A stretch of 64,000 nt of DNA, from NCBI GenBank assembly GCA_965655095.1, contig CBFHFQ010000202.1, positions 1-64,000 of the forward strand. The letters run 5' to 3'. Numbering within the stretch: the stretch's first letter is position 1; the number at the start of each line of letters is the position of its first letter. The translations under genes and the position numbers were made by a program. The DNA is from Haplodiscus bocki. Lineage: Eukaryota. Of this stretch, positions 13,943 through 27,407 are shown in pieces. The notes under the pieces are model-generated. The model had not been told where the DNA came from, did no database searches, and worked only from the letters and a program-made list of their open reading frames with translations.

Positions 13943-14397
13943 GCTTTCTGGTTTTCAAATTGAATTGAAAAATTTCACTGTTCCGTTAGAGAAGCATCAG
14001 ATATCGCATGAGGTCGATGTTTTAGCCGGACTTTTTTTGGAAAACCTGATTCCGGACGGATTGGGCTAGAAAACAGTCGGGTCTCAGAATCAAAACACAT
14101 CATAAAAACAGTTATAGATAAAATTTCTAGTCATTCTTCTAAAATATGGTTGGAGCTTCAATCTCTTTTTTGGAATCAAACAATTCCATTTATTTTAGTA
14201 TATGCTTCCAATTTCCGAAGACAGCCTCTGAGTTTAATGTTGTTTACAGAACACTGTGAGCGTGTGCTACTAGGTGCAATTGAGTTTCTGTTGCACCCCT
14301 TCGCAGAATTAACTTGGTTCAGTATCAAATTGAATCCGGTCGGACTGTGACCGGATTTGTCTTGGATTCTTCTCACGTTCCATGTCCGGTCGGAATA

Positions 14398-14895
14398 AAA
14401 ACAAGACGGCCGGCTACCATCGGCATATTTTCCACCTTCCATGTTTTCCATTTTCGGTGAAAATACCTTTTAGAAAGATGAAATCGATTTTCTCAAAAAT
14501 TACTCTTGATTCTTTTCCCAATTTTCAAACTTTTCTGTTTTTTCCTCAAATAACCTCACACTCAAGGTGGAAAAGATTTTTTAAGATGTATTATGGTTTC
14601 ATACGTATTCTACAGCCAATTTGCATACTTTGGCGATTTTGAAAGTAGCCAAGTCAATTAAAGTCGTTTATTTCCAAAAAAATCCCAAAATTTTCTACTT
14701 TTTGAGAAATCTTAATTTTTCCGTTTCATTCTATGGCAAGTTTGATTGAATTTGGTAACGAAAATTTTTTAAGGTCAGAAACGTCCGGACATGGCGTCAG
14801 AACGCAGACATAATCAACTGGCAAGTCAACGAACAAAATGTCGCATTCCAGCGTTTTGAGTGGATGATTTTCGTTCCACAAAATAAATATGTGCT
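14398..14895 (-). repeat. Dispersed repeat family, copy 3 (longest, inverted)
   Basis: Its reverse complement matches copies 1, 2 and 4. The terminus reads aacaagacggccggctacc on the + strand. Confidence 0.7.
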
Positions 14896-15519
14896 GAATA
14901 TAATAAAGTATGCCGAAGCCTCCTAAGTGCTAACTTGAAAACTTTGAAATTAAGAGTTGAAGAGTAACATCTCAAATTCTTTGTGACCGACTTCAACAAA
15001 TGTTCCTGACAAATCATCAACTTTTTTCCCGCAACACAGACTCACTCTGAAAAACCCACAGTTTGAACAGAGCCAGTTATAATGATTTCGTTCTCAAATG
15101 GTATCGGTATCTCCGCGGACGAGAGGTGATGCCCCTAAATATAAGAAACTAAAGGGGTGCTTCAAACAATGGTATGCACCAAACACATTTTTTAGCCCAG
15201 TGCCAAAGTCAAAAATGTTTCGAATCCACAGGCAGCGTGTTCGAATCCCAGTAAACATCTAAATTTTATAGCAAATTAACCAAAATAGTAGATACATTTG
15301 GAAACAGCCGGTAAATTTTTTCTGTGTTTTTTTCTTATACCTACCAATCAACAGTCTAATCCCACTAAAGGGTGGAAGTCGCGGCGGACCGTATAAAATT
15401 TTGAAAAACGATTTTTTGAAATATTGTCTAATTTCGTTAGGGAAATTGTCTGGTTAATACCTGAACTTCTTAAGGGCAACGTCTAACTTTTTCGCGACAG
15501 GTTCAAAATTATTATTTTG

Positions 15520-15845
15520 CGCCATATTTATAATATGGAAGCAAAATCTTCCTGTCAAATGGTGCGTTTTTTTACCCGATGTCTGCCAATTGCGTTCACA
15601 GTAAAAATGATGTTCGTTCGCGTTTCTGACCATGAATTTTTTTACACCAACTTGTAGCAAAATTTCCGTAGAATGCGACTGGAATAGAATTTCTCAAAAA
15701 GGTCAAAATTTGAATTTTTTCTGGGAAAAAACCTTGAAATTTTTCAATATCGCTAAATGTGGCAAATTTTTTGTAGAATGCGTCTTAAAGGGTATTATTT
15801 CAGAAAAAAGGTTTTCCGCTTTGAATGTGAAGTTTTTTTGTCCTG
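15520..15845 (+). repeat. Dispersed repeat family, copy 4 (partial)
   Basis: catattt...ggaa...aaaatc...cgtttctgacc...gaatttctcaaaaag matches the reverse complement of 14560-14895. Confidence 0.7.
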
Positions 15846-16184
15846 CGGCTACAAAAAATAAATATTAAGCCCCGGTGTTGCAGAGAAAAGTATAATAATT
15901 GAAAAACCTTCCAGAAAAATTTTTCAAGACTATTTGACATTTGACAATTTCAGGCAACAAAAAGAACAAAAAAGTCTACCTTTCGATTAGAAAAGCATCC
16001 CACAAGAACAAAAAAACCCAGAGATAAACAAAACTACAGTTAAACAAGGACCTTGTGACACGGAAGAATTGAAACTTAACACTTCATTAGGGAAACATTC
16101 AGATTAGAAATCTAGGGTTTTTGGCACCACGCAAACTAGGAAGTGAAATCTGTACTTGTTAAACTTTCCTTTAGCTTCGCTTGG

Positions 16185-16560
16185 TATCACCTACTTAAAC
16201 ATTCTTTTAGTTGAGGACAGATGAATTTGACATTACAACATCGAATTTCCATGACATTTTAACTTTTAACATCTCAAACATTCAATGATGAAATTCTTGA
16301 CATATTAAGTTTTAACTTTCCAAAAGTTTAAATGATGAACTTCAAACAAATTGAAGAATTTGTTCATCACGTTTATTTAATGTTAAAAAAACTGAAACTT
16401 TAATAGCAAGCTCAGAAGAGTTACGAAATAAAACTTGCATGGTTTGTTTTTTTCACAAACCAGGAAACCACGTTTGTGCCCAAGCCCTGAAGACAAACTT
16501 ATCTGCTCGCCAAAAGAGATCTTCTCAAAATGAAAAAGTCAAAATTTTAAATAACGATTT
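16185..16560 (+). repeat. 5' LTR of Gypsy A (boundaries approximate)
   Basis: Colinear with 30128-30500 (tagttgaggacagatgaa, gatgatgaacttc, aaaaaactgaaactt, ctcagaaga, gaaaccac). Followed by a PBS-like ttggtga at ~16564. Confidence 0.75.
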
Positions 16561-17702
16561 GACTTGGTGATAGTTCGGAAGCAATCCTGACATGCAGTAC
16601 AGAGAAAAACTATCCTCATTCGGCTAAAAATCTTGCCTGTGCTCCCTATCAATCACCCACTGCGATGCCTTCACGTCATCAATCAAACCCAGCCACATCA
16701 TCCATGTCCAGGTCCAGTTCCATGCCGAACTCGAGTTCCAGATACACGGAGCTGCAAAACTCAAACAAAGAACTAACGGCAGTGTCAATGAACCTTTACA
16801 GGTATTGCAAAATCTTCTGACGTGAGTGCTGTGCGTTTTGGTGAAAATTTTCAAAAAAAAACACAAGAAATCAACTCAAAATTCGGACTGCAATCACTTT
16901 TTTGGAGCCAATTTTTGAATTGATTATGGAAAAACAACATTGAATTGCAGAAAACCGCAAATCAGCATCGTTGTTCAGCATTCTGTTCAATGACGTTCAA
17001 TTGATGTTCGGTTTTGGACAAGAGGACGACACGACAATGGAATATCAAATCTCCTTCAGATGCTTGACGTGATGCTTCAATTAAATGGCAAAAAACCAGT
17101 GGTGTTGGTATTCCAAGAGCCAGGTTTGATATGGTCATAAATTTTATGGGGAATCAAACGCTTCATTTCGCTCAGTTGCTTTCATTCGGCCCAAAACGCT
17201 TTTTTCTTTCAATACTTCGCTTTCAAGATTGTTTTTTTTTTGAATCATTTAAACTTTCAATCGTCTTTCAAGCAGTTTTCTTTTTCGGGAAAAGTTCGGA
17301 ATTTTCATTTTCCTTTCAAGAAAAACCGAATTGCAACCAACTCTGAAATTTCGAAGTAATTTTAACAGTTCGATTGGGTAGCACTGTAACTGTTATTTTC
17401 ATTTTTTTTCATCTGTTGGTCTTTCCACGCTTTTCACACAGAAAACTCATTGAAAAACCCTATCTCAAAAGTCTTTGCAGGAGTTTGTGAGGAATTTTTT
17501 TCGAAAAGTGACAATTCTGTTTCACCAAGTAAGCTTTTGTTTTCCAACGATTTTCTTCTTTCCAAGCAGTTTTCAGTTTTCGCCTTTATTCTCGTTTTTT
17601 CCAACCCAAATTAACCTATTTTTTCTAACTTTTCATTTAACTTAAAATAATATAACTTAACCTAAGTTAACTAAACTTTATTGTAATTTTAAATCATTAG
17701 AA

Positions 17703-19000
17703 ATGGTTCAACTTCAACTTACGCTCACTCCTTGTTCTGGCTTGAAGAAAGAGAAATTCAGTGAAATTGAACTCCTACTTCCAAGTATTTTGGCGGTACC
17801 AGCCAATCAGCATGCAAATTTTCTACAATGGCATCTTTAAGATGCTGCCTCACGCTTTTTTTAAACTTTAACTTAAGTTGCACAAGATGACTTAGACATT
17901 TCTGTCATGGCTCTTCTTGTTGGCCACAGTTACAAAAACTCCATATTCCTAGACCTAAAAATCTCAAAACTGACTCGAAAACTGAAATTTCGGAAACTCT
18001 TTTCAGGAACTTTCCAAAAAAATCATGAAAGCCTATCCGGATCCATTTCCTCCGGCAGTTGAACCACTTGATGCACATGCAGTGGATGCGACTGCTGAGC
18101 AAACTCGGCTGGATCAAAACACAGCGCGTCGCTCAGAAATTTTACGCTCTTCCCAAGAAGCACGATCAGTAAAAATTAGGCGTCAACTTTTCAGAAATAT
18201 GCCTGCTTGGCTGCGGGCAAAGTTGCTCGAGTAACTTGAAAGTACTACCGCGGAAGACTTAAGCATTTTTGCGCGAAAATAATTGTCAATTCATCATCTT
18301 CCCCAAACTGACGATTCTGTCATGGACGCATTAAGCAAAATGGGGCCTTTGGTTACAAATACACTTGTTAACGGTCTGCCAAAATTGAGCACGAGCCAAG
18401 AAGCAATGCACAATAGAGTAAATGAAAATCAAAAAAAGTCGAAAAACGAAACACTGCCTTAACGTATCAATTTATCTAATTTCACAAAAATCAAACCCAA
18501 CAGCCCCAGAGGGGAGCCGTTTTGCAAAACCGCGGCTAAAACTCAAAACGTTCAAGAGGTAAAAACCAAAGGAAATTTAGCAATGGAGAGTTTACAAGAA
18601 CTCGAAAGTATTATCAACAACGTTAGTGGCAGAATCAGCACCAAATGCATACACACTACCACAACAGTCTTATCAAATTTTTCCACAGCCAATTTCAAAT
18701 TCTTTTTTTTTTCACCGGCAATCTTCGAGTTTTCAATCCCGGAATGAAAATTTTTACTATCTAAATTTTGAGAAACAAAACTCACGGCCTCAAATTTCCA
18801 TATTTTAACCGAGACAATCGTTTGAAGTCTCTACTGCAGATCCTAATTACATGCCTTAGACACAACAAACTCAGATTACCTGTCATAAATGTGGTCTGTC
18901 TGATCAGTAAGCGACAAAGTGTACAGTGAGAAGAAACCCTCCACGTCGTGGCGCAAAAAATATATTTCCTCAAATTTTGAAAAACTAAGTACTCAGCACG
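17703..19000 (+). pseudogene. gag: gag-like ORF of Gypsy A (decayed)
   Basis: ATG at 17703, MVQLQLTLTPCSG...ANFLQWHL*DAASRFF, RRQLFRNMPAWLRAKLLE, and a zinc-knuckle remnant CHKCG near 18880. Confidence 0.75.
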
Positions 19001-19099
19001 AAGATCAACAGCCCAAACAAGTAAGGAACGTGGCTGAAAAAGCCAGACTCATGTAATGAATTTCCCTACGTAGATCCGCCTGAAAAGTGAGCTGTTCTT

Positions 19100-22000
19100 T
19101 CTTTAGAGAGAGAAAACTTTTCTTGTGTTCGCCTAAAATTTTCCAATCAAAGTAAATGAGAAGCTTTCATTGATGCAGGCTCCTGTCCTATTGCTTCATT
19201 TGAATCTTTTTAGTTGTGCTTAACTTGACTAGTTCTAACTTCTTGATTGTATAGAAACCTTCCTATATTTCTGCCGGAGTGACGTCTGGTCAAAAAGTTC
19301 CTTTTATCAAACAAGCAGAAGTTTCATTTCAGGTCGGATTTCACTATATTCGAGATAGTTTTCTTGTTTTACCGACTATGGATAGTGTTCTTCTTGGAAA
19401 TCTTTTTTTTTCAATAAACAAAAAAATTACAACTGATCCATGCAATAAATTGTTACAATTAACAAACTCGCTTTTACAGTTGAATCAATTTTTGCCCTAA
19501 AAGAGTAAAGAACCTTTTACAAAACAAAAATTGAATCTTTGTTTCACTTTAACGAAAAAAGAACAGATTACGCCCCAGTCGCAAGAACGTTCAGAATGTA
19601 GCTTGTCTAAACTTTCTGAGCAGTATCATTTTTGTACCGGACTGATTCTTGCAAGCAAACCTCAAGAACATACTTTTAGTTTTGCTTTTACTTCGTCTCT
19701 TAGCAAAAGTGATGATGAGTGTATTCTTCATTTTGGCTATAGATCGTTCTGATAATCAAATTACGTTAAATATTCAAACTGAAACAGCGCATTTCCGAAT
19801 TTTAAATGGAACAAATGCTGATATTTTGATTGAAATTGACCCTCAGCCAATTTTTTTATCAAAAATTCGTAACCCGGCTGATTTTGGAGACGAAATGTAT
19901 CAGTTGATTTAAGTTCTTCTTTCTCCAAAAAATGCTACACCAACAAGTCGCACACCTCTGATTACTCGAAACTCTGGTTTCTAACTCCAGAGACCCATAA
20001 TGAACTTTCTTGTTCAACATTCTCCAAAGAGAAATTTTTGATCAAATTTTGCAAATTCAGAAGCAAGAAAATGGATTTTCAAATTACTTACGCCGAGAAA
20101 ATGGATTTTTGGCAAAGACTTTCATGGGACACTTGTTTCCTAAATACTGACAAAAAAATCAACTTGAAGAATTTTTGGTTGAATACCAAGATGTGTTTGC
20201 CAAACAAGGCTTTGATGTAGGTTGGGATACGGAACTCAAAATTAAACTAACTCCTGGACACTCACTTCCAGTGTATGCTCAATGTCCACCAGCTCCAAGT
20301 CATCTGCAAGATGAAAAATTGGTTGAACTTGCATTGTTAAAAAATTTTACCATTGTAAAAACGCTGTCACGTTCCAAATTCAGTGGTGCGATGCTTGCAC
20401 ATCGTTAAGCAGCTGATAAACTGAGAATTCTATCTGTATACATCGTGTAAACGATCTCCTACGCCATGAACAATTAAGTAAAAACTTTACAGATTCAACT
20501 ATGAAAGATGCCACAAATAACTTTGCTTGGAAAAAAAAGTTTTGCAAACTTGTTTGTTCACGAACATATCACTGTGTTCAAATGGTAGATGACCTTTCGG
20601 TCCAAACTCTGGCTTTTAACTTTGCATTTCGAACTTTTGTCCACAAATTCTCAGCTCACGTTTTGATTAAATCTGTCAATGGTTTTACTTCCTTTGTCAA
20701 GCACTACCTTGACACTTACCTAGCACCAAATTTTTGTACGCATTTCGAGGACGATACTGCTGCTTGAGTAAATATTTTCAAGGAAATGATTCTAGCATTA
20801 CGAAGAAATTTTCATTGATTGAGAAAATTGGGTTTGAAACATTCAGCGCCAAATGCAAAGTCTTAACAACACAAATTGACTACTCAGGTAGCACAATTAC
20901 TGGAAAAGGAACAACACCCACATATGCAAAAGCTGAAAAACTCTTTGGACATTTTAGAATGCTTAACAAAGTGAATGAAGTGAAACGCCTAAATGGATAT
21001 GTGCTATTTTTTCGGAATTTTATTCCTAATCTTGGACAAAAATTATTGCAATTTCAAAATTTTTCCCGCAAAGAAAACGCTTCCAGAATAAAAATTGAAC
21101 ACCATTAGTCTTTCAACACTATAAGACTTAGTACGCGCTACTGATTGAACGTAACGCTAAACTAAACCAGGCTTCCAGTATGTCATTCTCTTTGACGCAG
21201 TTTTCATGGCACTGGTTTTGTAATAATGACTTAAAATTACTTGATTGAAGAAAAAGAAAACAAAAAAAAGCTGCACTCCAGTGCGTTTTGGTTCAAGACA
21301 TTTTACAACAACACTATTGAAGTTTCCTGTCTATCATAAGGAACCTCCAGCTCTGTAATTTGACTTAGACCTTTTTGCACACTTCAGTTGGGGCCCAACG
21401 AAACCTTTTCTAGTTTTAATGATAATCGAAACTTAACACAGCTTTTTTCATTCAGAAAGCAACCATCCATCTGTACAATCTTTACGGAATTGCTTAGACA
21501 GAGTTTTGCTTTTAATATTCTACTTGCGCATATTCCTGTAAAAGAAACCTCTGCTGCTGATTTTCTTCCACGCATGCACACAGAACCTAATTTGACCTTA
21601 GAGATAGAATTTAAGGATCATGTTGCTAATCGTGAAACTAAAACAGACACTGAAGAAAAAGCAGCAGATCTTACTTTGTCAAAAATAAGTGACATACGCC
21701 CTTTATTGAAGCAGTCCAACCTTGCAGTGACGAACAATTCATCAGTCAACTGAAGGCACGTGGTCTCTATGATCAATTTTTGCAAGAAATCCTAGTGATG
21801 ACCCAGACATCGCAATTGCGGGCTTTTTCTCCTCTTCATCGGTTTGTGATGTGAATTTGATTAAAACCAACAATTTTGAAGACATTTTGAACAAATTACC
21901 GAATCGTACACAAGCTCTTGACATGGTTCAAGATCAACAAAGTGATGAAGTTATCCGAGAGGTAATTCGATGGAAAAATTGGGGTAACACTGCTAAGTCG

Positions 22001-23990
22001 CCAATTTTACCGACACCATTACGTAAGTACAGAAAAATTTTTACCGCCTAGTTGTCGAAAATTTTTTTTTATTTTATATTTTTTATTTTATGTTGACTGT
22101 GGTAAGGTAGAATAAAACAAATTTGTGCATCAAAAACGCATTGGCATGAGTCTGTTTTGCACCTTCATTTTTCAAAATCTGCCGGACACTTTGGCATTGT
22201 GAAAACGGTTGAGGAATTTGGCAAGAGGTTCCATTTTCAAATCTTTACCGATTGTTTCTTTTCTACAATCAAAAACTGTCCTTTTTGCTTACAACTTAAA
22301 CGCGTACCGTCAAATTTTTTGGAACGACCACCGTTGTCACTGACTTCTTATCCGGATGAAATACTCCCAGTTGATCTGGGTGGGGCCCTAAAAACAACAG
22401 TTCACCAATATATGTTAACAACTATTGGTGTTTTTACGAAATACTTATTCGCTGTCCCTTTGGAAACGTCAGAGGAGAGACTATCCCGCGTAACCGGACG
22501 TCAATCATTTTTCCACATGGTAATTCACCAACAACAATTCTGTTTGACCTGGGAACTTCCCTTGTTTCTGAACTATTGCATGAATTAACAAAAGTGTTTG
22601 AAATTCAACTAAAAAGTGCAGGTCTAAAACACCCTTAAACAGTTGTCTTTGTGCAGCGCTCCCATAGTGCGCTTAAACGTATTCTAGAATTGAATTCTAA
22701 TGAACAATAGAGCGATTGCTTTAAATACATACAATTAGCAACCTAACATCACAACCAGTCTTATCATTCAGCCCTTGACTGTAGTCCTACAATATTTTTT
22801 CAGGGACGTGAACCAATCTAACCATTAGAGCTACAAATCAATGAAACTTTGATACAACGATGATCTCCGAGTTGCGAATATGTTTTTGCATTACAAGACG
22901 CCGTCATCAGGATTTTCTCGTAAACCAAACTTAAAATCATTCAAATGTACAAAAACGATCGCGCCTAATATGATTGTAAAGCGGCAGTCAAACCGTTAGC
23001 TCTGTTCTTCTACTGTCTCTTACTTAATCCAAAGCTCTCGACACAACCTGATTTCGAAAATAAAACGTTGCCGATTTGGCTGGCTCTCTATCATATCAAG
23101 AGATTCTTGACGAAATCCAGTTACATTTTTTCCAAAGTTAGCACGAAATACACACATATTGTCCACAGAATTCGTTTTCGTCCCGTGACCCCGCAAGGTC
23201 GCATTGATGATGTAACGGTCAATCGTTTGACAAATCTTTGAAGAGGCCCATCGTTGTTTATCGGATGTACACCTTCTTTGTTGTAACCTTCCACCACAGA
23301 GGTTACAACTCGTACAGCGACGGAAGACCCGCCAGCTGTACCTGCCAGTTTTCGATTTCTAGTCGCTCCAGTGCACGTACCAGTGAGACAGGCCGCTGCA
23401 CCGTCTCTGTTGCCCCCAAGGCTGAAGCACAATTACCAGAGTGACCTCAACTTACTACTCAGGTTGTATGTCTCACTAACGATGACGGTGTACAAACTGA
23501 GGAACTGCGAAAATTTATTCCAAGTGACAATAGTGACAGTTCCGCTGACACCGCACGTAAAAGTTCAGTTGACTTACCAAATTTTCTCACCACTTTTCTT
23601 TCTGGAAGTCCACAGACCCCATCTTTTAGTTCTAAGTTAACTGAATCGTATGATTTCAGACCAAGATCACCACCTGAGGACTATCATGAGAAAGCCATTC
23701 AAATCAAAAAACCGCCTAATGTGCGCTGTATTCCGGTAAGTGAGCCAGATGTCTCGTCGAATCATTTGGCTCAGAGTCAAAAACGAGAGTTAGTCATTGA
23801 TTTGTGTCCACAAACGCCAACCTTTCGAAGTAGTTCTGATATCCATACAAACCGACATGTACACAATGCTCGCATCACTATTGTACATTCGGAGCAGTCA
23901 ACGCCACCAAGATATTCAGTACGGCAAAGGAGGTGCAAAAACGCTAATTTCTGAAAAATTCACAGAAAAGTCTATCGAAACAAAATGACA
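19100..23990 (+). pseudogene. pol: pol of Gypsy A: protease, RT, RNase H, integrase and a low-complexity tail (decayed)
   Basis: Protease AFIDAGS at ~19165. RT YHCVQM...LAFNF and FEDD at 20744-20755. RNase H at ~21180-21570. Integrase H...GHFG...CPFC and PVDLGG at 22160-22390. The PR-RT-RH-IN order is the Gypsy order. Confidence 0.92.
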
Positions 23991-24001
23991 TCAATGCAGT
24001 C

Positions 24002-24445
24002 ATTGACTCCAGTAAACATCCAAATTTTTGCTTTGCACAACCAATTAGTCTGACAACTGCTACATGCATAGCGCATTGCGTTTCTTGTGATTTTGCTATG
24101 GGCAAAAAATAGCTGCTACGCTCAATTGTTGTTATACCGAACTGCAGGAATTGCGATAAAAATCTTCATATTTTTATCCACCTGGCTCTCTAGTAGCTAA
24201 TCTTGATCAACCAAACATTCGATATCTTTTTAATTTAGTGACGAAAAAACCACTTTCTCAATTGAACAACCTACGGAACACTCGAATTGAGCCTGCAAGC
24301 GTTAAAAACAACACTTGAAACTCCATAAAGCTTTTGCCGTTCCTTAATTTCCTTGTAACTATGGTTAGTTACGGTTCTCGAAGTTTTTTCAATTTTACTC
24401 AAAAATTTACCAGATTCAAACATCACACTAATGATATTTTATCCT
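24002..24445 (+). pseudogene. Macrodomain of the TARG1/OARD1/Poa1p-DarG type, inside Gypsy A after integrase (decayed)
   Basis: Manual translation across frameshifts gives CIAHCVSCDFAMGK/IAATL...PGSLVA...RYLFNLVTKK.../TYGTLELSLQALK.../FAVP*FPCNYG*L.../DSNITLMIF. This is colinear with TARG1 SLAHCISEDCRMGAGIA...RYIYYLITKK...PTYENLQKSLEAMK...LSMPRIGCGLDRL...DIKITVY. Confidence 0.85.
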
Positions 24446-24599
24446 ACATGATAACATAGCATGCCATTATTGAGTAAAAAACTTTCTATTCTCCGAAACT
24501 TGTGTTTTTCTCAAAGTTCGGGCTTATTTGGTCCAAACATATCGAAAGTTCTTATTTGACCTATGAATGCCTTTTTTTGACGTCACAAAGTCAAATTTC

Positions 24600-26200
24600 C
24601 AGAAGCGGGCAGCAACAAAAGCTGCTTTCTCCCGCCTAGCATCCTATTCCACAATCTCATTCTCGTCTATAACCTCTTCAATATAAGCGTGTTTTTGAAA
24701 AAAAATCATTTCTCCCATTTCTAGTGTTTGACATTTCCATTAAATTTTTCAAGGTCAAAAAGTCAATAATCAAAATTCTGCCAGCAACAAAAGTTTTCCC
24801 ATCCTCCTCGCTTCCTAATAACCGTGTTCATTTTCCTTGGCTAGACTCCCATTTGGAACGCAATTTTGCCAAGAAGAAAATGATAGTTTTTTTTCCACCC
24901 TGCACTACTCGGTATTAATTGAATATCCATCGGAAAACTTATCCATATTTTTGCTATCTTCAAGAATGAGATATATTTAATAGTACAGTTAGAAGGAACG
25001 TTGTTCATTTCCCGATTTCATTCACTTCGCAGCAACTGGAAAACGAAAATCGATGAAAAAAGTCGGAAACAAGAACAAAAAACATACTTTTTCACTTTCA
25101 TCCACTTCTCTCGCATTGCTCGCACATTCAAGTTTTCGTTTTCGTTTCGAAACTCAAGATGGAAGACCTTGTTTTCTTTTTTCCTTAAGTCCCACCCACG
25201 CATCTTTTAGATAAACTCGGCTCAATAAATCGCCCACATCGGTCGGCTCCATCTGTCTTCCTTCAAAGTTTGTAACAGTTCTCCTCGTTTTTTTTCAGGA
25301 ACAGTTTTTAGACCTCTTAATGTACCCGTCCCCACCCCAAAACCAGAATCATTTGACACTTCTCGAATTTTTTCTCTCTCTTCACTATTTGATTTGGCCC
25401 TGCCTGTCAGCACAGTCGTTCCTTTGTTTGAGGTCAACACAGACTGCGCGCAAAGGGCATGCTGCACCAGAAAGCTATTAGGATCGGCGAAATAATAAAA
25501 TGTATTTCCGTCAAATTTTACAGGAGGCATAGGACATAGCAAGCTCTTAAACTCTTTCGCAAATCAGATCTGCTAAATTAAACATTTCGAAGCAGCCCCA
25601 CGTTCCGCGATAAGGAAAAAAATTTCCCCCATATGCAACATGGTTTACCGATTCATAACCGGCAATTTCAATATGTCCTCTGTGAACCATCCACCCCAGG
25701 TTATAAAGGCATTCCGCTCTCAACCCACCACATAAGTTGAAGTTTTCATGGTGAATAAATTTGCCATCCCATTGACTAACCCTTAGAAGTTCCTAAAGTT
25801 GCATCAACACACGTCAACAAATTATTGGCCACGGTTTCCCGCTCTCTCTTAACCCAGTCTCGAACCGCTCAAATTCACTTGCAGGGTAACTGCTTTCTGA
25901 TATCGTGCTTAATTTTATTTCTTTTTTGGTTGAATATTAGGTTAGGCGAACCTTTTTTACAATTAAAACTTTTCCCAGTATCGAAATGAGTGGACTCAAT
26001 ATCCTATCAGGACGATAAAATTGCTCCAATCTATTTGCTGAACTGTTTTCCAGTCCACTTGTTCATATTCCACAGCATTGCAAAACTTTTCTCTAAAGAG
26101 ACAATGTTCCGGCAAAGCTGTCTGCGCTTTCTTCGTAGGAGCTCCATCGGTCATCATTTTAAAATCGACTTAAATCTGAAATTCACATGATATACCAAGA
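24600..26200 (-). pseudogene. Decayed antisense accessory ORF of unknown function inside Gypsy A
   Basis: Successive protein-like minus-strand segments: SYPASEFERFETGLRESGKPWPII...VSQWDGKFIHHENFQLMWWVESG, ORF 25222-25542 and ORF 25018-25203. Confidence 0.5.
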
Positions 26201-27407
26201 CCGCCATCTGTTCCATTTAACTTCGAACGCTTGTTTTCGCTTGTTATTTTATGTTGCTTAATGTCAACATCTACTTTAACGTTGAATGTTTTGTATACTG
26301 GTGTGCGCTGTGAAACATTCCTCTTCAATCGTTTCGAATTTTCTTTGGACTCATGTATTTGTTTCTTACCTTTACTGGTGTCATAAGTTACATTATTATA
26401 ACCTCACCCTTCCTAGCTACTTTAGTCTGCTTCTGACTAACTCCTAGCTTTTTCAATCCTTCCTAGCTTTAATAGGAATACTTTTCACCCAATTTCCTAG
26501 TTTTTTTTCTCGCCTGTTTTACCCAGTTCTTTTGATCAGATTTGTTTCTTTTGCACCACTTAATTAAAACTAAAAAAACAAACCGCAAAAGCAAACTCCA
26601 ACAAGCTACTTTAACCTAAAAAAAACACAGAGGAACTACGCTACAAGTAACGTGGAGTGAACAAAACAAATTTTATTTCGTTTCCACTAGTTTCAATTTT
26701 TCTGCTAGCTTGTCCCCTTTTACCACAGGCGTCGTACAACTTGGTAAACTACATAAGCCACCATATAGTAAACAAGTTAAGCCAGGCGGAAGTTTGTCTC
26801 AAAATTGATAAAGACTACCATTGCGTTTGAAGTCGTTTTCATGTAGATACTTTGTTGCTTGATGCCACAAAATAAAGGCCTTTCTTTAATCAACACTTAT
26901 TCCCAATTTGCACCTTAGATGGTGGGCCCAATGTTGCAACAGAGTATTCTCTGACCAAGCCAAATTTTCTTTGACATCATAAATTGCAGATCACCGCTAG
27001 GGTGGGAAGTACCATGAGATTAGTCCACTTTTTCATTTTACAAGCTCGTAGACTCGAAGTTTTTCATTGATCTCCTGCAAAAAACTGTGACCGCTCCAAC
27101 CGAAAACAATTCCTTCCAATGCCATATTCAATGGGCCAACGTTTGCTCGTTTCTTTTGAACGTGCAGGTCGCAATTATCTTAACCAAAAATGAACTTTCC
27201 CGCGATGTGACCATCCGGCTAAAATCTCACGGTTTGTTTGTTCAAATATAAACATCCGCCAACTATGACAACAGCGCAAGAACAAAAATCTGACATTTCG
27301 AAAAATTTGACTGTTCAGAAAAACTCACGCTGACATTTATCATGATACTCTTTTTTTCGATCCGCCTGTTTAATTGCTGATTCAACCAAAGTTAAAATCT
27401 CAGAAAC

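Noticed and set aside
14333-14357. Hairpin aatccggtc-N7-gaccggatt
   Set aside because: An isolated 9-bp stem, probably MITE debris; no terminator role is expected in a eukaryote.
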